A stretch of DNA of 64,000 nt from the NCBI GenBank assembly GCA_965285935.1, contig OZ260667.1, forward strand, positions 23,188,001 to 23,252,000, given 5' to 3'. Of this stretch, positions 13,181-27,460 are shown piece by piece (the stretch's first letter is position 1; the number at the start of each line of letters is the position of its first letter). Position numbers and translations under genes: made by a program. Source of the stretch: Ophelia neglecta. Its lineage: Eukaryota. Below the pieces are notes generated by a model. The model worked only from the letters and a program-made list of their open reading frames with translations. It was not told where the DNA came from and made no database searches.

Positions 13181-15762
13181 GGCCTATAACCTCCCACGAT
13201 TTCCAGTGTATTGAGCATATAAAATAGTATGGGTTTGTTTTTTTGTTTTTTTTTTGGGGGGGGGGGGGTCCTACCATTGCTTTGGCTTTGCCAAAAGTGA
13301 TTTATTGACAGACATGTTTACTATCCCTTTTAATTGTTGAGGGGTAATGACAGGTATTACAAACAACATTTATATACAGCTGGCCTTTTATATTCGAAAC
13401 GATTACCAAAAAAGGTCCTCAATAATTCGACATTACAATATAATCATACATTATCAATAATACATCCTCACCCGGCTATACTACCGGATGCACGGAGCAC
13501 TTAGGGGCGTGTGGGAAGAAGACCGTAATTCGAGTAAGCGCCCCAGAGGGACCATTTATAGCTTGATCTTAGTTAAGCAGTATACTTTTAATGTAACCAT
13601 CAGCCCTCACTCATCGACCATCAAGCATAATGAATGTTAAAAGATGCAACTGGAAGTTTGTAACATGAAATTGGAAACATACAAAATGATTTTATTCTTG
13701 TATTTTTTATTGAAGACTTATTCAACTCAAGGGCCAAATTAGATATTTAAAAAATTCGACTAGAATACTTATTTGGTCAATTGCCATAAAAGTAAGAAAG
13801 TTATTGAATTGTTTGTGATAAAAAAAGGTAGAACACAGGGTTTCAATTCTCGTATGTTGTTCATTGAATGCTGAGTTTAGAGATTAGTGCATGGCTCCAT
13901 TTCCAGCAGTTACAAATATTTCGAACTTTTTCAGGTTCTACTTAACTTGGAATGTCAAGAAAATTATATTCAATGTCGTCAAATTCATTTTTTTAATTAA
14001 GATTAAACTATTTCGGTTTCCACGTGAATATTTTCCTAGTTTTACACAAAAGTGGTTTGAAACCGTCACAAATTACCGACAACTGTACTGTCGGATAGTT
14101 CCTTTACCAATTTTGGTTATAAACTAACCATTATATACAAACATTGGTTTTGTTTCTTATCTTATATTTACTCTTTTACATGGTTATATATAGTAGAATA
14201 GCTTCTTTAATCCCAGTAATATTTCTTTATTCTCAGGTCAGTAGTTTCAAAGAAACAACAATAACTTCTGCTACAATACTTTCACTGCTTATTTATTTAT
14301 TTCAGTGGGGAAGTATAATGCTTTAAGTGGTTGTTTCTTTTGGATCGTTAATCTGAATGTAAAGTTTAATGATTACTCAAGGTGTTGAATGGGAAGACAA
14401 AGAAAAATCACATGAGTGTGTGAAATTTAAAAAAAAAAAAACTAAGGGTTAATAATTGCAAACACAGCAACAAGTTGTTGAATACCAATATAGCTTAAGG
14501 TTGCAGGGATCTAAATATATCTTCTGTCTATTGTATTTTTAACGAAGGCTATTGGACTTCATTTTTCATACATTCACCATAATATTTTGCATTAAATGAC
14601 TATTCTGCCTGAAGGTTTATGTCATAGGGAAAAATGTATAAAAAACTGCATAGCAAATATACCAAAATGTTTTGCTAGATGGTCGTGAAGGAAAAGTGGT
14701 CATTTAATTTGTTATGTCGCATGTGGGAGCCATACCGCTCCAAAGAACCCATAATTTTCCATATGACTGGTTTCTTTCAAAATACCACAATTCCAAACAA
14801 TACCATCCCGTGTCTCTAGTTGATTACCGTTCTTAAGCATACTTTCTTAATTTCAATGTTCACACAAATTTCAGGCAATCCACATATGTTTCCTGCCTTT
14901 TTAGGCCTTTCGCGGACCAGATCGGCCAACTTAATGTCTGTGATAACAGCTTTGGAAAGGTAGCACTGTGTTCAACAATTGCTATTTAGTTCACTCAACA
15001 TTTTACCGTAATTGAAAGGTAACCAGTGCTTCACATAACGTCAGAGAATCTACATAACTTATGAAATGATAAAAGTCATTAACGTGTACTTGGGTGAACT
15101 GAAATGATTTATTTGAATCATTGAGCAATATACTAAGCTGTTATTCAAAGTGCATGCTGAAAGATTGCTATTCAAATGTAAATTCTGACACGAAAGCCTC
15201 CGTATATTTATTGAGTGAATAAAGGCGTGTTTGCGTTAAATGCAAAAAGTTTCCAGTCACGGTTCTCTGTTGTTGGTGGTTTGGTAGGGGGGGGGGGGGG
15301 GGGTTCTTGAAATCTGGTATCAGAATGACTGTCCTCAAATCAGTAAATTTCTGATCATTCTTTATATTGATAGTGTTTACATAGTTACTGTATTAGCTCG
15401 TTTGATTTCTTTGTTTCAAATACAACGTATTCACGTCAACCATTAGTGAGCATGATGCTCCCCCTAATCAGAATAATACCTGTACTGGCAGGACAATAAA
15501 TATAACATTTTCACACACTTGTTACTAGTAGACCAACGGAAAAGAAGTTATTGCTGTATATGTTTATAGTTAGGAAATTAGGATTATGCTAATAGCGGAT
15601 GATATTTCTAGAAGATCACAAAGTACACGTTTATATAAGTACAAGCTGCCAGCTAGGGTTTCTTAACATTTTGCTTTCAGCCGTGATACATATTGACTTG
15701 TTGTCTTATAGCCGCCAAAAACCTTTATGACAATATGGACACAAGCATTCGGAGTAAGGATT

Positions 15763-16003
15763 CACCATTATGAAGAGGGTTCGTTCCCTTTGAAATGGGG
15801 AACACGAGTTTGGTGCAAACATGGTGGTCGGCCATTTTTAGGAAAGTTACTTCCTTATTCAATTTTGGAAAGTGCAAACTTACGCCATTATGGATATGGT
15901 TCCTTCCCTTTGAAATGGGGGAACACGAGTTTGCTGCAAACATGGTGTTCGGCCATTTTCTGGAAAGTTACTTCCTTATTCAATTTTGGAAAGTACAAAC
16001 ATA
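15763..16003. repeat. Two-copy tandem repeat with a unit of about 120 bp
   Basis: ccattatg..ttccctttgaaatgggg..aacacgagttt..tgcaaacatggtg.tcggccatttt..ggaaagttacttccttattcaattttggaaagt occurs at about 15763 and about 15883. Confidence 0.9.
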
Positions 16004-16155
16004 CTTAGGACTTTTACCCAATGACTAAATCTGCGAAATGCGAATTAAGCATCGTAAAAGTTCTGACATATCGACCAGTCCTGGCTAGTTTCCGAGGACA
16101 TTAGATGAATTGGTCAAATCACTCGCTCAGATAAATGTGGTTTTATAATAATGTT

Positions 16156-16632
16156 GGGGCCTGTTGCATAAAGCTAGCTTAAAAAGTTAGCTAGCTAACT
16201 TTGAGGATTAAGGCCATAAGCCAGGCTTAATGGGTTGCAAAAAGCTAGTTTAGAATAAGCCAGGCTTTAATTTAAACTGTAACTATGGTAACTAAGCCTG
16301 AAATTTTAACCTGCTCCTTAGTAGGCTAACTTACTGGTTTAAGTTAAGTTAGCACAAACAGAGATGGCTGCCCCAGTACCTGTAGACGTGCAGGCTGCAT
16401 TAGTTCGTCGGGCTTTGCGGCGTGAGTGAGTTTTGAGGGATCGTCATGACCCCCTGGCATTTTCGGACGATATTCTGTACGAGCGGTACCGATTTTCTCG
16501 GGTCGGCCTTATTTTTCTGTTGGGTATTCTGGAGGCATCTCTCTGTCACCCGACTGAGAGAAATGCGGCCCTTCCTCCCGTCATGCAGATGTGCATAGGG
16601 CTGCGATTCTTCGCATGTGGCACTTTTCAGTG
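16156..16632 (+). mobile_element. Harbinger/PIF transposon 5' remnant with a pseudogenised HARBI1-like transposase N-terminus
   Basis: Terminus ggggcctgttgcataaag with taagccaggct/agctaact subterminal repeats. From ATG 16364: MAAPVPVDVQAALVRRALRRE*VLRDRHDPLAFSDDILYERYRFS...ALPPVMQMCIGLRFFACGTF, carrying the Harbinger RYRF and LRFFA.G motifs. In-frame TGA at 16427; truncated before the DDE core. Confidence 0.85.
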
Positions 16633-17457
16633 GGCAGTGTCCGTGCTATGATACCTGCATCTTTCCAGGGATTTCAGTGGAAACCACACTCGCTTACAAA
16701 ATCGCGCAGTATGATTATTGTCAATCAGATATCTTCCGATTCTTGTTTGCCTAAACGGACAATATTGGGGTATTCCAAACCGTACCGGACATTGCTTGAG
16801 CCAGGTTCCAGAGAGAAATCGATTCCTCGGTGAAATCAATATATTTGAGGACGGGAGTCATCTGTCCATGGCTACCGATTTTCCCATTTTAACCCATTAA
16901 CTATGTATGTAAAAAAAGGGACAATTTATAAGCCGTTGAAATTATTGTAATGCATCAGTTTAGTTTGTTTAATTAGACTTGTGCACAGGAAATAGGCAGC
17001 ATGCAAACCATCAAAAGCTAACTTTAATAAACTAGAGAATTGGTGGTGTAATGGGTAATGCGCTGTTTTTTGACGATGCTTAGTGGGATTGGCAGCGAGC
17101 CCATTGTAAAGTGTTTTCTTTATACCGCCGTGGAGACTTAGTTAAAAACGTGAATTCATTATAGTACTAAACTCACTGAGATCATTTCGTCCTACCTGCA
17201 CACTGCTCTATGCCACGCTGAGAGGTGCTAAGATTTTAAAATCGCGGTTCTAAACGATTTCCATTATGCCCAGTATCGCTCTTCTTACATGGGTAAAGGG
17301 TTCAATTGAATAGGTTTATCTCCAAATTCAGTTATCGCAACTTGATACAAGCCCAATTATCTGACCTGGCACATTTATGCGCAGCTACCAACACTTCTAA
17401 ATTTCTTAGGTGTACACGTATGTTGTTATTGTTTACATTTGATGCACAACGTCTTTA

Positions 17458-17741
17458 GTGTAATATAGGCTTTCACAAGTGTAAATATAAATGTGTTATA
17501 TAGGCTATCACAAGTGTAAATTGTAATGTGTTATATAAGCTTTCACAAGTGTAAATATAAATGTGTTATATAGGCTTTCACAAGTGTAAATATAAATGTG
17601 TTATATAGGCTTTCACAAGTGTAAATAGAATATAAATGTGTTATAAAGGCTTTCACAAGTGTAAATATAAATGTGTTATATAGGCTTTCACAAGTGTAAA
17701 TAGAAATGTGTTATACAGGCTCTCGCACGTGTAAATATAAA
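17458..17741. repeat. Minisatellite, 35-bp unit, about 8 copies
   Basis: Unit tgtgttatataggctttcacaagtgtaaatataaa repeated head-to-tail with no spacers. Confidence 0.95.
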
Positions 17742-18572
17742 TGTATGGTGTTGTCTTCAGCTGGTGTCTTGCCTAACATTTAGGAAGCGGCCGCACGAAT
17801 TGGGTCCACAATATACCGCCTGCTTGGAAAGCTCGTAAAAACCAGTTCTTGATGGACAGGCTTCAAAGGAAAATTGCACGTTTATTATGGCGTACATCCA
17901 GCACATGGGCGTGTTTACAAATAAATTGTACACAAATCATACGCCGACTAAAATTTGCGTCACTCTGTCGTTAGAGTGTAATAACATATTTTATATCTAT
18001 TATTTTAATCTATTATTTATTTATTTATTTATTATTTATATCTATTATTAGAAGTCGATTCGTCCACATTTAAATTCAAGAAGGTCAGACTATGATACTT
18101 TCATGCAACTGAATTCGATGCAAAATTTATTGTGTAATTAATAAATGAAGCATATTTTTAAATCGCGCAAATCGAATCTGCATTCTACATTCACTCGTAT
18201 CAATATTGATTCCGTGTTAGCATATCATTGGGAAAGTTAAATCTTATTTTGTAACAACAGTGTGTTATTTTTACAGACAAAAAGATAATGATCTATACTC
18301 ATTTTACGCTACGAAAGGATCCAAGTTTTTTCCTTCTTTGCCTTTTTTCAACAAAAGTTGGTCTTTATATTGCAAGTTTGAACAGAATTATTATTATTAT
18401 ACCTCCTGCTCTTAGCCTTAAGTTGCTTAGCGGGTTCAACATCTTTTGTGTGGTAAGTTAAAGTACTTTATGTCCAGCTTTAAACAAAATTTAACATATG
18501 TATTTGCGTGAGTTTAATTCTTAAAACTACATTGGCCCTTTTGCTTCAGTTGCTGTATAATGGATCACTATT

Positions 18573-19680
18573 CTAACCATAATAATAAGTATGCCTATAA
18601 GAGTAGGGGAAACTCCCCGTGGCTGCGAGCGCGATTACGACTATGATCCAAACGCTACCGAAGACGAGACCAGCAACTGAACACCAGAGGGCTACTTTGG
18701 AGTTGCTTTTTGCACCTTCCAAGTTTCCTCGAGCATTTTCTTCGTTAGTGCGCACGGCAAAGATGATCGCAGCGATACCTATCGGCCAGCAGCAGCAAAG
18801 GCATGTGAAAATGGCGAATCCCAGGTAGCTGGACACGTACTGACTTGTATTCGTTTGATTAACAACCACAACTGACGACTGTCCCGGTTGTCCTGGGTAT
18901 GGTTGCTGGAATTGGCCCGGATATTGTGGTTGTGGTTGTCCCGGATACGGTTGAGCTGGATACTGTTGCCCCGGATACGGTTGCCCAGAATACGGTTGCC
19001 CAGGATACTGCTGCTGCATTGCATATCCGGGCGGCGATTGTCCTGCAGTGAATTAGTTTTCAATCAATCAGTTCGAATTCCTTATCTTATCAATTCAATT
19101 TAATTATTAACATCTACTTTTTTTCTGTAGTACTGTAGTATTTTTATTTAAATGTTAGAACCGTAAATTCATGGGAAATCTGTTAACGTAAGTTTTAAAG
19201 ATAAGTCACTTAAGAACAGTTAAAACTGCCATTGATATTGACAAGAGGCAAAGAGTCATCTTTATTAGGATAGGAGTTTCACAGTAACCAAAATTCACTC
19301 GTCTTCCCACTGAGCTTGATACATTCAGGCCGCGTTGAATATATAGTGCAACACATCAAATATGCGAATCTTTACAAATAACAGAGAGAAGGCCTTATTT
19401 ATTTAACCCATAAGGGTTGCCCCAGTTGCAATACCTGCGGCATGATTCGGGATATACAGTGAAACCTGTGAGTTTAGACCACCCAATGGGCGGGCAAATA
19501 CTGGTCTGATTATAGAGGTGATCTATTTACACGGGTTATTTTACGTTAAACGTGTATACTATGGTCTTCGAATTAGTGGTTTGAATTGGTAGGTGGTATG
19601 AATATAAAGGTGGTCTTTAAGGCAGAATTCCCTGTAATAATGTTACCTGCATTATAGGCTGGTTGCTGTTTCTCATCCAT
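18573..19680 (-). CDS. CD225/dispanin gene, copy 3; complement(join(18573..19042,19647..19680))
   Basis: First coding exon MDEKQQPAYNA+G|gtaaca; acceptor ctgcag|GACAATCG; CD225 core nearly identical to copy 2. A 5'UTR exon ends at 21782. Confidence 0.92.
19457..19634. mobile_element. pogo/Tigger-like MITE with TA target-site duplication in the intron of dispanin copy 3
   Basis: ta|cagtgaaacctg ... cagaattccctg|ta; CAGT termini and TA flanks are typical of the Tc1/mariner-pogo group. Confidence 0.75.
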
Positions 19681-22600
19681 TTGTGATCTGAAACAATAAT
19701 TATATGTATGCTAACCATGTTGTAAAACGTTCTAAACAGATTTCTCCCATAGCAAATAATAGTCTTATAATAAACCTACATGAATTATTCACTTGCGAAT
19801 TATCTGTAAATATTTGATGTTTGTATTTTACATACAAAATGACCAAAGGAAGTATTTTCCAAACACACTTTCAAAAGCCACCAGTTTATCGCAACTTGCG
19901 TTTTCAATAGTTTGTCTCTGGAGAAAAATTCGATCAATCAACCCTCCCTTTTTGAACCCACCTCAAAGGCATTAATACGAGGATCTTATCAAAACTGACG
20001 TGGGTTGAGTGTTGGCAGTCAAGATTGTGCGTAAATAATATATCAGATTCCAAAATTCTGTAGATCTTATTTTCTTTAACAAGTTCTACTTTTAGTCAAG
20101 AATCAGAAATCAAAGTTTAATTGAAGATTACAGGAATGTGACCTGAATTACTATTATATGCATGGCTGAACTTTCGGTGATTTTTGCCCTACATCCCATG
20201 TGACATCCTGTGTTAACTAGGACGTTACACATAAATTTACATGTTTTGCTACCAGATAGGCCATTTAGGCAACACGCCTGTGTCGACAATTGTGTCCAGA
20301 GTCTGAATGTTTAGTAAGGGCACCAGACTTACACCGTTTATATGCCAAGCTCGGTAATTCTAAGGCTTCCGCAAAAACTTATAGATCATAGAATATTTCT
20401 TGGCAAATATGGCAATTTTAAAACGAATCTAATTACGAAGCCTTATCCTCAGCTTATATGTAGAAAAACGAGTCTTTGTTCTGTCATAAGCCGTGTCGAC
20501 CAATCGAGCAAACAGAAATTAAATGACAGTTTCATCAGAAATATGATTATTGAATATGCACTAAATTTAAGAAGAAAAAATCTGTTTTACAAACTACACT
20601 CAATATTAAATTCGTCTTGTTTCAATATCATATTACACATTTTTATAATGAAATGTGTAATGTTACCTAGCTCACAGTGGCAGTAAGTAGGATCCATATA
20701 GCGAATAATCTTACTACATTCGGAGTGCACCCAAGTTTGTCGCCCTGCATAACTTCCTTATAGGTTACCTGTTTGTCCTGGTATTTGCGTGGTTAGTGGT
20801 TTGTGAGGTATTGCGCCAAACTATTGATATTCCAATGGGGGCGAATTGCGCTTCGTTGGTTTTCATATTTGTATCTGTTTGCTTTAAAAACTAAGCAGGG
20901 TTATACCAGTCTGTTCTCTATAGTGTGTGACGCTGCCCATATGGCAATGGGGATATTAATATCCTCAGACCAACTGTTTGGAAAGTTACCATTGACCAGA
21001 ATATTGGTTAACGTGCTTCTGATAGTGTTGAAGTTTTATGATTAAACATTATATGTTAAATTTGTGTGTACACTTGTCCGAATGCTTGCCGTAATTTGTT
21101 CTATCCTACGTTGCAGGGGTACTTTGTTGCCTGTACCTGTTCAGCTTAACATGGAACTCACTATTTAGTTCTTAACATATATCGCACATCCAGGCAGATT
21201 AATCAATCAGGCTTTCACAAACATGCTCTAAATTTGTAATTGAATTTTGGTGTCATTCGATGTTCCAATCAATTATCATTTAATATTCAATCCAGAATAA
21301 GGGGTTGCTATGAACAATGCACCCCTGAATGTATAGGCACGCTAAGCCTTTTAAATAATTCTTCATGGCAATGGTCCTGGTGCCATTTTTCATCATAATA
21401 AAACCTTTTATAGAGCTACCGAAGGGTTTTTGGTGCAACGTTACAGTTACGAATTGTGACCACCTGTCACCGACCAGGACTGTATTTAAGTCTCTGAAGC
21501 ACATGATTAATGATAGGATGAAAACATAATTTTTCGGCTCCACCCATGTTATGGTGTGTAATGCAGTCCCTCACTGTCGCCATAGCACGCACTTTATAAG
21601 TCTCTTCTTAGAACCGAGTTTATCAGTAAACAAGGAAAAAAGTGAAACACAGACCCATGTTCATGAATTAAGAGTGCTAAACGCATTCGGACAAATGAAG
21701 TAAGAATAAAGAACCTTCGGAAAACAGCGAACCTTCGGAATGAATATCACAAAAAAAAGACATTTAATAAAATCTGCTCACCTTGGATATTCCGGTTATT
21801 TAACTTGCTTCTTATTTTCCTTTCAAAAGTCCGAATTCGAGCGCAAGACTAGAACCGACTATAGTGTGGCAGATTGGTCCGTGGTGAATGCGTAAAGAAG
21901 GCACAGAGGCTTCGGGTCCGTGTCACATTGAAAATATTTAGTGCGAGTGCGGTTGCATCCGCATGCCATTGCCTACTTGTTAGATGCTTACAACACCGTG
22001 ACCAACTGCGTCATACAGCTTTATGTAGCCTTTGCGATTTACCTTTACTTAATATTTGTTTGCGAAGTTTACATCAATGATAATGGGAAAAAAAAATTTA
22101 CTCGCCAATTATGGCTTATAAGCGTTTTTTTACTTCGAAAAAGAATGTGGAAGAAAATCAGCTGCCCCGCCTGAAACGACTTTAATTTCGTTCCCTTCCC
22201 CTTTTTGCCTTCCCCTAGAGGAATGAGGCCATTAATCATATAAGGGGATTTTTTTGTCGGACTTGTGTCATACATTGAAAACTTCTACCAATCTTTAACA
22301 GAATTGGAACATATATAGCAAAACTTGTCTTGGCTTTATTCCAACAGGACGCGCACTATTACAATGAACAATAGACAGCTTGTATGGGCAAACATATGCA
22401 GCAAACAGAAAAATGCGATGTGAGGCATCTTTTTCAAGTAACGACAATTATGTCACAGATATATGAGAATTAAACCGATACAGACTGAAAGGTAAACAAG
22501 CTCCAACAAAAATAAATGGGATATGTAAGTTTATAAAATATAAGTAGGCCCATCATTATTGTAGAATATAGGTTGTACCTCCTTGTACACTTTCTGTTAG

Positions 22601-25600
22601 CCTAGCAAATCACGTAAGCAATATTTCAAATGCCTGGAGACTTGTCTGGTTCTTATGCCGTATTAAAATGATGGTCTTCTACACCCTACGTAACTTTCTC
22701 TGGAACGATTATTGAAAAGACGATATTTTTAACAAAAGACTGATTTACTATCAACCTTGCATAAGATTCCACAATTGAATACACTTTCATTTGCTTATTT
22801 TTTGCTATCTGTTAAATTTGATATTTTAACATAGTTGAGAGTCTATTTATCGTTGTTTGGGTCTTAATACTTGCACAGTCATTGAGAAAAACTTTGTGCT
22901 TCCTTTATTTTGACCTGAGCAAATTAAATTTGAAATTAAGAATAACCATCCTCTTTTAATCTGATATGTTAACATAGCCAAAAAAAGAAATAACAAGACA
23001 TCCCTACATGCCCAGAAGCAAACAGTGACTAGTCACTTTTCTATCACATACAACTTTTGTATTTCACTTAGCAAAGATGTCTGGCTTCAATGAATATATC
23101 TTCGGATGGCATTCTTCCAGATTTATAATGTAGGTAAATTATGCAAAACAAGTGTTGTGCACCGGGAACCCAAATTGGGCAACCTTGTGATCTGTTGAAA
23201 CAGACGAAATTATTTTTGCCAAATGAAATGTCATATTCATTCAGAAGACTACAATCGTCTGCTACGTGTCCAAAAACTTACATCAAGCATGACCGTGGTA
23301 TAGCTATAGCCAAACAGTGTATGGAAACTCTATCATTCATTTTACAGGAAACGTGCAAACACACACACACACTTTGTAGTGTTAGTAGTAAGAAAATATT
23401 ATGAACAGTACAGGTGGTTGAAAATAAATATCAGCAACATTCTCTACTTCTTGTTTGTTGAAGGGGTTTGCGGGAGTTGGTAACAATATGGACTGGTCGA
23501 TATACCAGTAATTCCAATCTGCATACTTCACATGTCTTTGGAGCCGGGACACAAGAAACTTGTGTCCCAGTTTGGAATTTGTCTTTGGGAAATACTAAAG
23601 TTTGCACTTTCTATAACTTAATATTGTTACATGAAAACGTGAAATTTTATGTATATTTATTTAAAAAAGACAACATTTAAAAACTTTTTCATATTAACCC
23701 GAAGTTTCAAACCTTATGTTTTTTTGTGTTTTTAAAAGAAACTGAATTAGCAAGACCCTCTCCCAGGCTGGCCATGGATTAATCTAGTGTTACCTTCTCG
23801 AAAACGCATTACATTAACACAGACAATACAAAATGAGGCATCTGTTACAAGTGAGTTAGTTTAATACATAATACTTTATTTACATTTAAGTTTTGTCTCG
23901 TAACATATGTTGCAACTATTCGACTTGTATTCATTATTGTACTGTTTACTTCTGGTGTGACATGTATATTCTTTATCGATTGTAATGTGAATAAACATAC
24001 ATACAAGATGAAAGGCATGGAGATTAATCAAATGTTTTTTTCCGCGAAGAACTTATATATATATATGATTATTAAACATGCATTTTCTGAAGAGAATACA
24101 TAATGAAATATTAATGAAACAACCTGTTTATATTTAAGAAAAACAGTGAAATACAAACAGTTGGGGTCTTGGCATTTAAGTGCAACGCCAAGAATATAAT
24201 AAACAGCTTGTAAAGTGAAGACTATGTCAACAATGTATATTATGAATCTCTCTATGCCTTTACGTTAGAATATGTGCTATTTTTATACATTCTATATTTA
24301 TCTTCCGCCGATCACATAGTATTTATATAATAATGTACCATAATGTGATATGAGATAAACCAACAAATATAAACTGTCTCTGTTATCATACCTATTTGTG
24401 ACAAAGGGTGTTACTGAGTTTAGGGACCATCAGAGTTTTATGCACGAATTACATGTAACTTAAAGTTATACCGAAATTGAACTATTTGCATGACTATGGG
24501 GTGCTGTGGCTAGACTATGATACTTTTCTTAGATTTATATATATATATAGGTGTTAAGACTGTGAACTGGCAATCTGAAATTTCGATTTATGTTTAAATG
24601 TTTGCTTAGCCACTTCTTGTGCATGTTTATTCCACTGTGATTTCGATGGACTATACCATAATGAAGCCAGGATATCAGTGTGCCTCCAAGTCTGTTTCTC
24701 AAGAAAGTCCCCAGCAGGACACAGGGGACTGTCTGGTGGCAGTTGACCGACATTAATACTGCTTATTTGTTACCAATCGGTATATACAGTTTATAAGCAG
24801 ATTAAAGAGATCCCTGAAGATTTTAAGTCTTTGGAGATCGAGATAAGACTGCACTGTTCTCCATCCAAATGTTGCTATGTTGCGAACACTGACAGGTTCT
24901 GAATAAGCCGAGCATATTTAATAAAAGTTGAATTATTAATAGTATTTACGTTTGCAACTCGTTTTGCCAAATTAACTATGGTGCTTCACACCTTGTGAAA
25001 TCCGAAGTTGTCATCAAGATAATATGGTATCAGCTAAATATTCTTGGTAAGATTAACCAATATGTATTCCTCCCATTCTATTTATATGAGAAGCACGAGG
25101 AATGCCGATATTAACATTACTTTAATAAGGTAAAAAGGTTTCAGCAGGGGAATTGCGCAGCATGAAATTGGATTAAGGTTCACAAACATTCACATTAACA
25201 TTCAGCTTCGCCTAGAGGGGGACAGCATGCGTCTACCTGAGCCCCGTCGGGAATCCTAGTGGTCCGAGAGAGAAGGAAACTCACAGGAAAACATACCTAA
25301 AATGAACGATGTATAGAAACAATACCAATGTGCTAAAACGCCGTCAAGGGGATTTCGTTGTGCTTATAATTTGTTAGAGTTTGAATGGTTTTATCGGACA
25401 TAGTTGCTTCAAATCGGCGAAAGCTTTGGATGCATCGTTTAAAACCACCCGGGCCGGGTTAGTTCAAATAACAAAAGAGACATAAGAAGGAAAACCAGTT
25501 GTATAATTACATGGTGTGTATTGACTTTGACTTCCTCGTGCAATACCGGCTGACAGAATCTAGTAGTTTTGCGTGTTTGAATGAGTCCATTTAAAAAACT

Positions 25601-27007
25601 GATGAAATATTATTACAGCATTTTAAAAGGGGAATTTTGTGTCGGGGCAACGCGGTACGAATGTTCAAAAGAATTTCGCCAAGACAAAAATAAGATAGTC
25701 GTGGCTTTATTCCAAAAGGAATAACGCAATATATTGCAACGGCAACATACATATTTATTGTATGGGCAAAATAATGAGGTAATTGGTGAACTTCCATGCC
25801 TTGTAACATATTATTTTATCGATGTCATTATTAGGTATTGTACATAAGGATACTTTTATCTTTTAAGTTTCAAATAATGGCGTCAACCAATCCATCGTGC
25901 TAGGTTTATATTATTCACTGTCCTCAACAACAATTCAAATTTCCCATAATCTGATAAGTTCATTAATAAACGAGATATAAATTTAAGATGTAATAAAACA
26001 ACATGAATAACTTAACACGTAAAGCTCTTCAAATTTAAATACTAATATTATCTTAATATCGTCTATAGTTAGCTAGCATTGGGCTAGCACTTTGAGATAA
26101 CAAATCAACTACCATATACATGTTTGAAAGTTACTTCCCTTATAAGGTTTTCCATTTGACAACAATGGCGAATGCTCGACCCTTCATTTCAAATGAATAG
26201 CGTCTCATTTTGTTGATATCAATTTATTGATTTATTGCGCATGTCTTTCTTTTATCTATTCTTACCCCAGAAAGAACAACCGATGACATAATGATATGTA
26301 TTGTAAGCTTTATTAAGTTTGGAAATGTCTTAGCAGAAAGCAGCTTGCTTGGCAAAGTATAAATGTATATAAGGAAGTGCGTTGCAGCGCATAACAAACA
26401 TAATATATTATGTGCAATAAGATACGTGTACCCATTATATGTTTGAGTTTTAAACCCCCACGAAGTTTGCCAGTTGAAGCAGGCTGTCAAGCTTTGTTGA
26501 TTTGACATAGAACAGTTCTAAATAAAAACGAACCCTCAAAGTCATGATCTAAATGTTTATGTGTGTCTAGTAATAGTTAGTAATTTTTTTATAATGCACT
26601 GTTTCAAATAAGTGAAGAAAACAAATGAACTTTTCATAAATGAGCAATAAAAATGATATTTAGTATCCAAGCAGCACTGATATGCCAGTTTAAGGGTTTC
26701 AAAGCTGATATGTATTTAAAACTTTCTGCGACAAAACTGACTGTTAACTCTATAATCACCGGAAAGCTACTGAAACATAACTTTCAACTTATTATATTGG
26801 AAAGACATTTCTATAACGGTTTTCCTGGGTGTCCATACAAAGTTTACATTTACATCATATCAGACCCTTCCCCTTAAATTTGCAATGGAATTCGTAATTA
26901 GTAAACCTGAAGATATAATGAGCAAGTATAGCAGGAATGGTTAATTTTAAACGGCTTGTATTATTATCTTAATGCATCTGTTTAGAATAAGCCAAACCCC
27001 TGTTCAA

Positions 27008-27132
27008 AACTATATACTAGCGTACTAGAAATGGAACGATGGCCGCAAATTTGTTTAGATGAGCGTAAATGGTCTTTTGAGCTGTACGGCCATCGTGTCA
27101 ATTTTCTAAGACGCTATACCTAGTATAGCAGT
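27008..27132. repeat. Imperfect inverted repeat (short foldback/MITE)
   Basis: tatactag..cgt..tagaaa..acgatggccg ... cggccatcgt..tttctaagacg..ctagtata. Confidence 0.6.
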
Positions 27133-27460
27133 GTAATTGTTCAGTCTTAACTGCGGTTTAGGTGGCAAGTTGCAATTATCTTCTGTTCCGCAATATTAAA
27201 CATTTGAGTTAAGTGCTGCTGATGACCTAATACAGGTGTGTAAATTACCTGTAAAAGTCACCAGCCGCCATGACGTCTTCGTACCTCTCTGTACGGTCTT
27301 CACTACCTACTACACTTTGACAATTAGTATACCTATAATTATATATCATAGTCACTTGTATCGAAGAAAAGTAACCTTGTGACGTAGACATGCAAGGGCT
27401 ATATACCTACTGCTTTCATAAACTACCTGGGCCATTTTGCATGAGTTGTTGTTATTCTTT

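Larger units (their letters stand above)
17145..22130. repeat. Segmental duplication unit B (gene 3 plus flanks), paralogous to about 2720-6620
   Basis: Same colinear blocks as unit A; the copies differ by indels, insertions and a minisatellite expansion. Confidence 0.75.

Noticed and set aside
13440-15050. Possible very old CR1-like LINE on the minus strand (WLPFN, KKAGNICG, YGFFGAVWLPH fragments)
   Set aside because: Too degenerate to support by eye; it needs a translated HMM search.
17040-17105. tRNA-like A box (tggtgtaatgg); also a B-box-like gttcgaatcc near 38590
   Set aside because: No cloverleaf can be formed; at most decayed SINE heads.
17458-17741. CRISPR-like array (35-bp repeats)
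   Set aside because: The repeats are contiguous with no unique spacers, there are no cas genes, and the context is eukaryotic.
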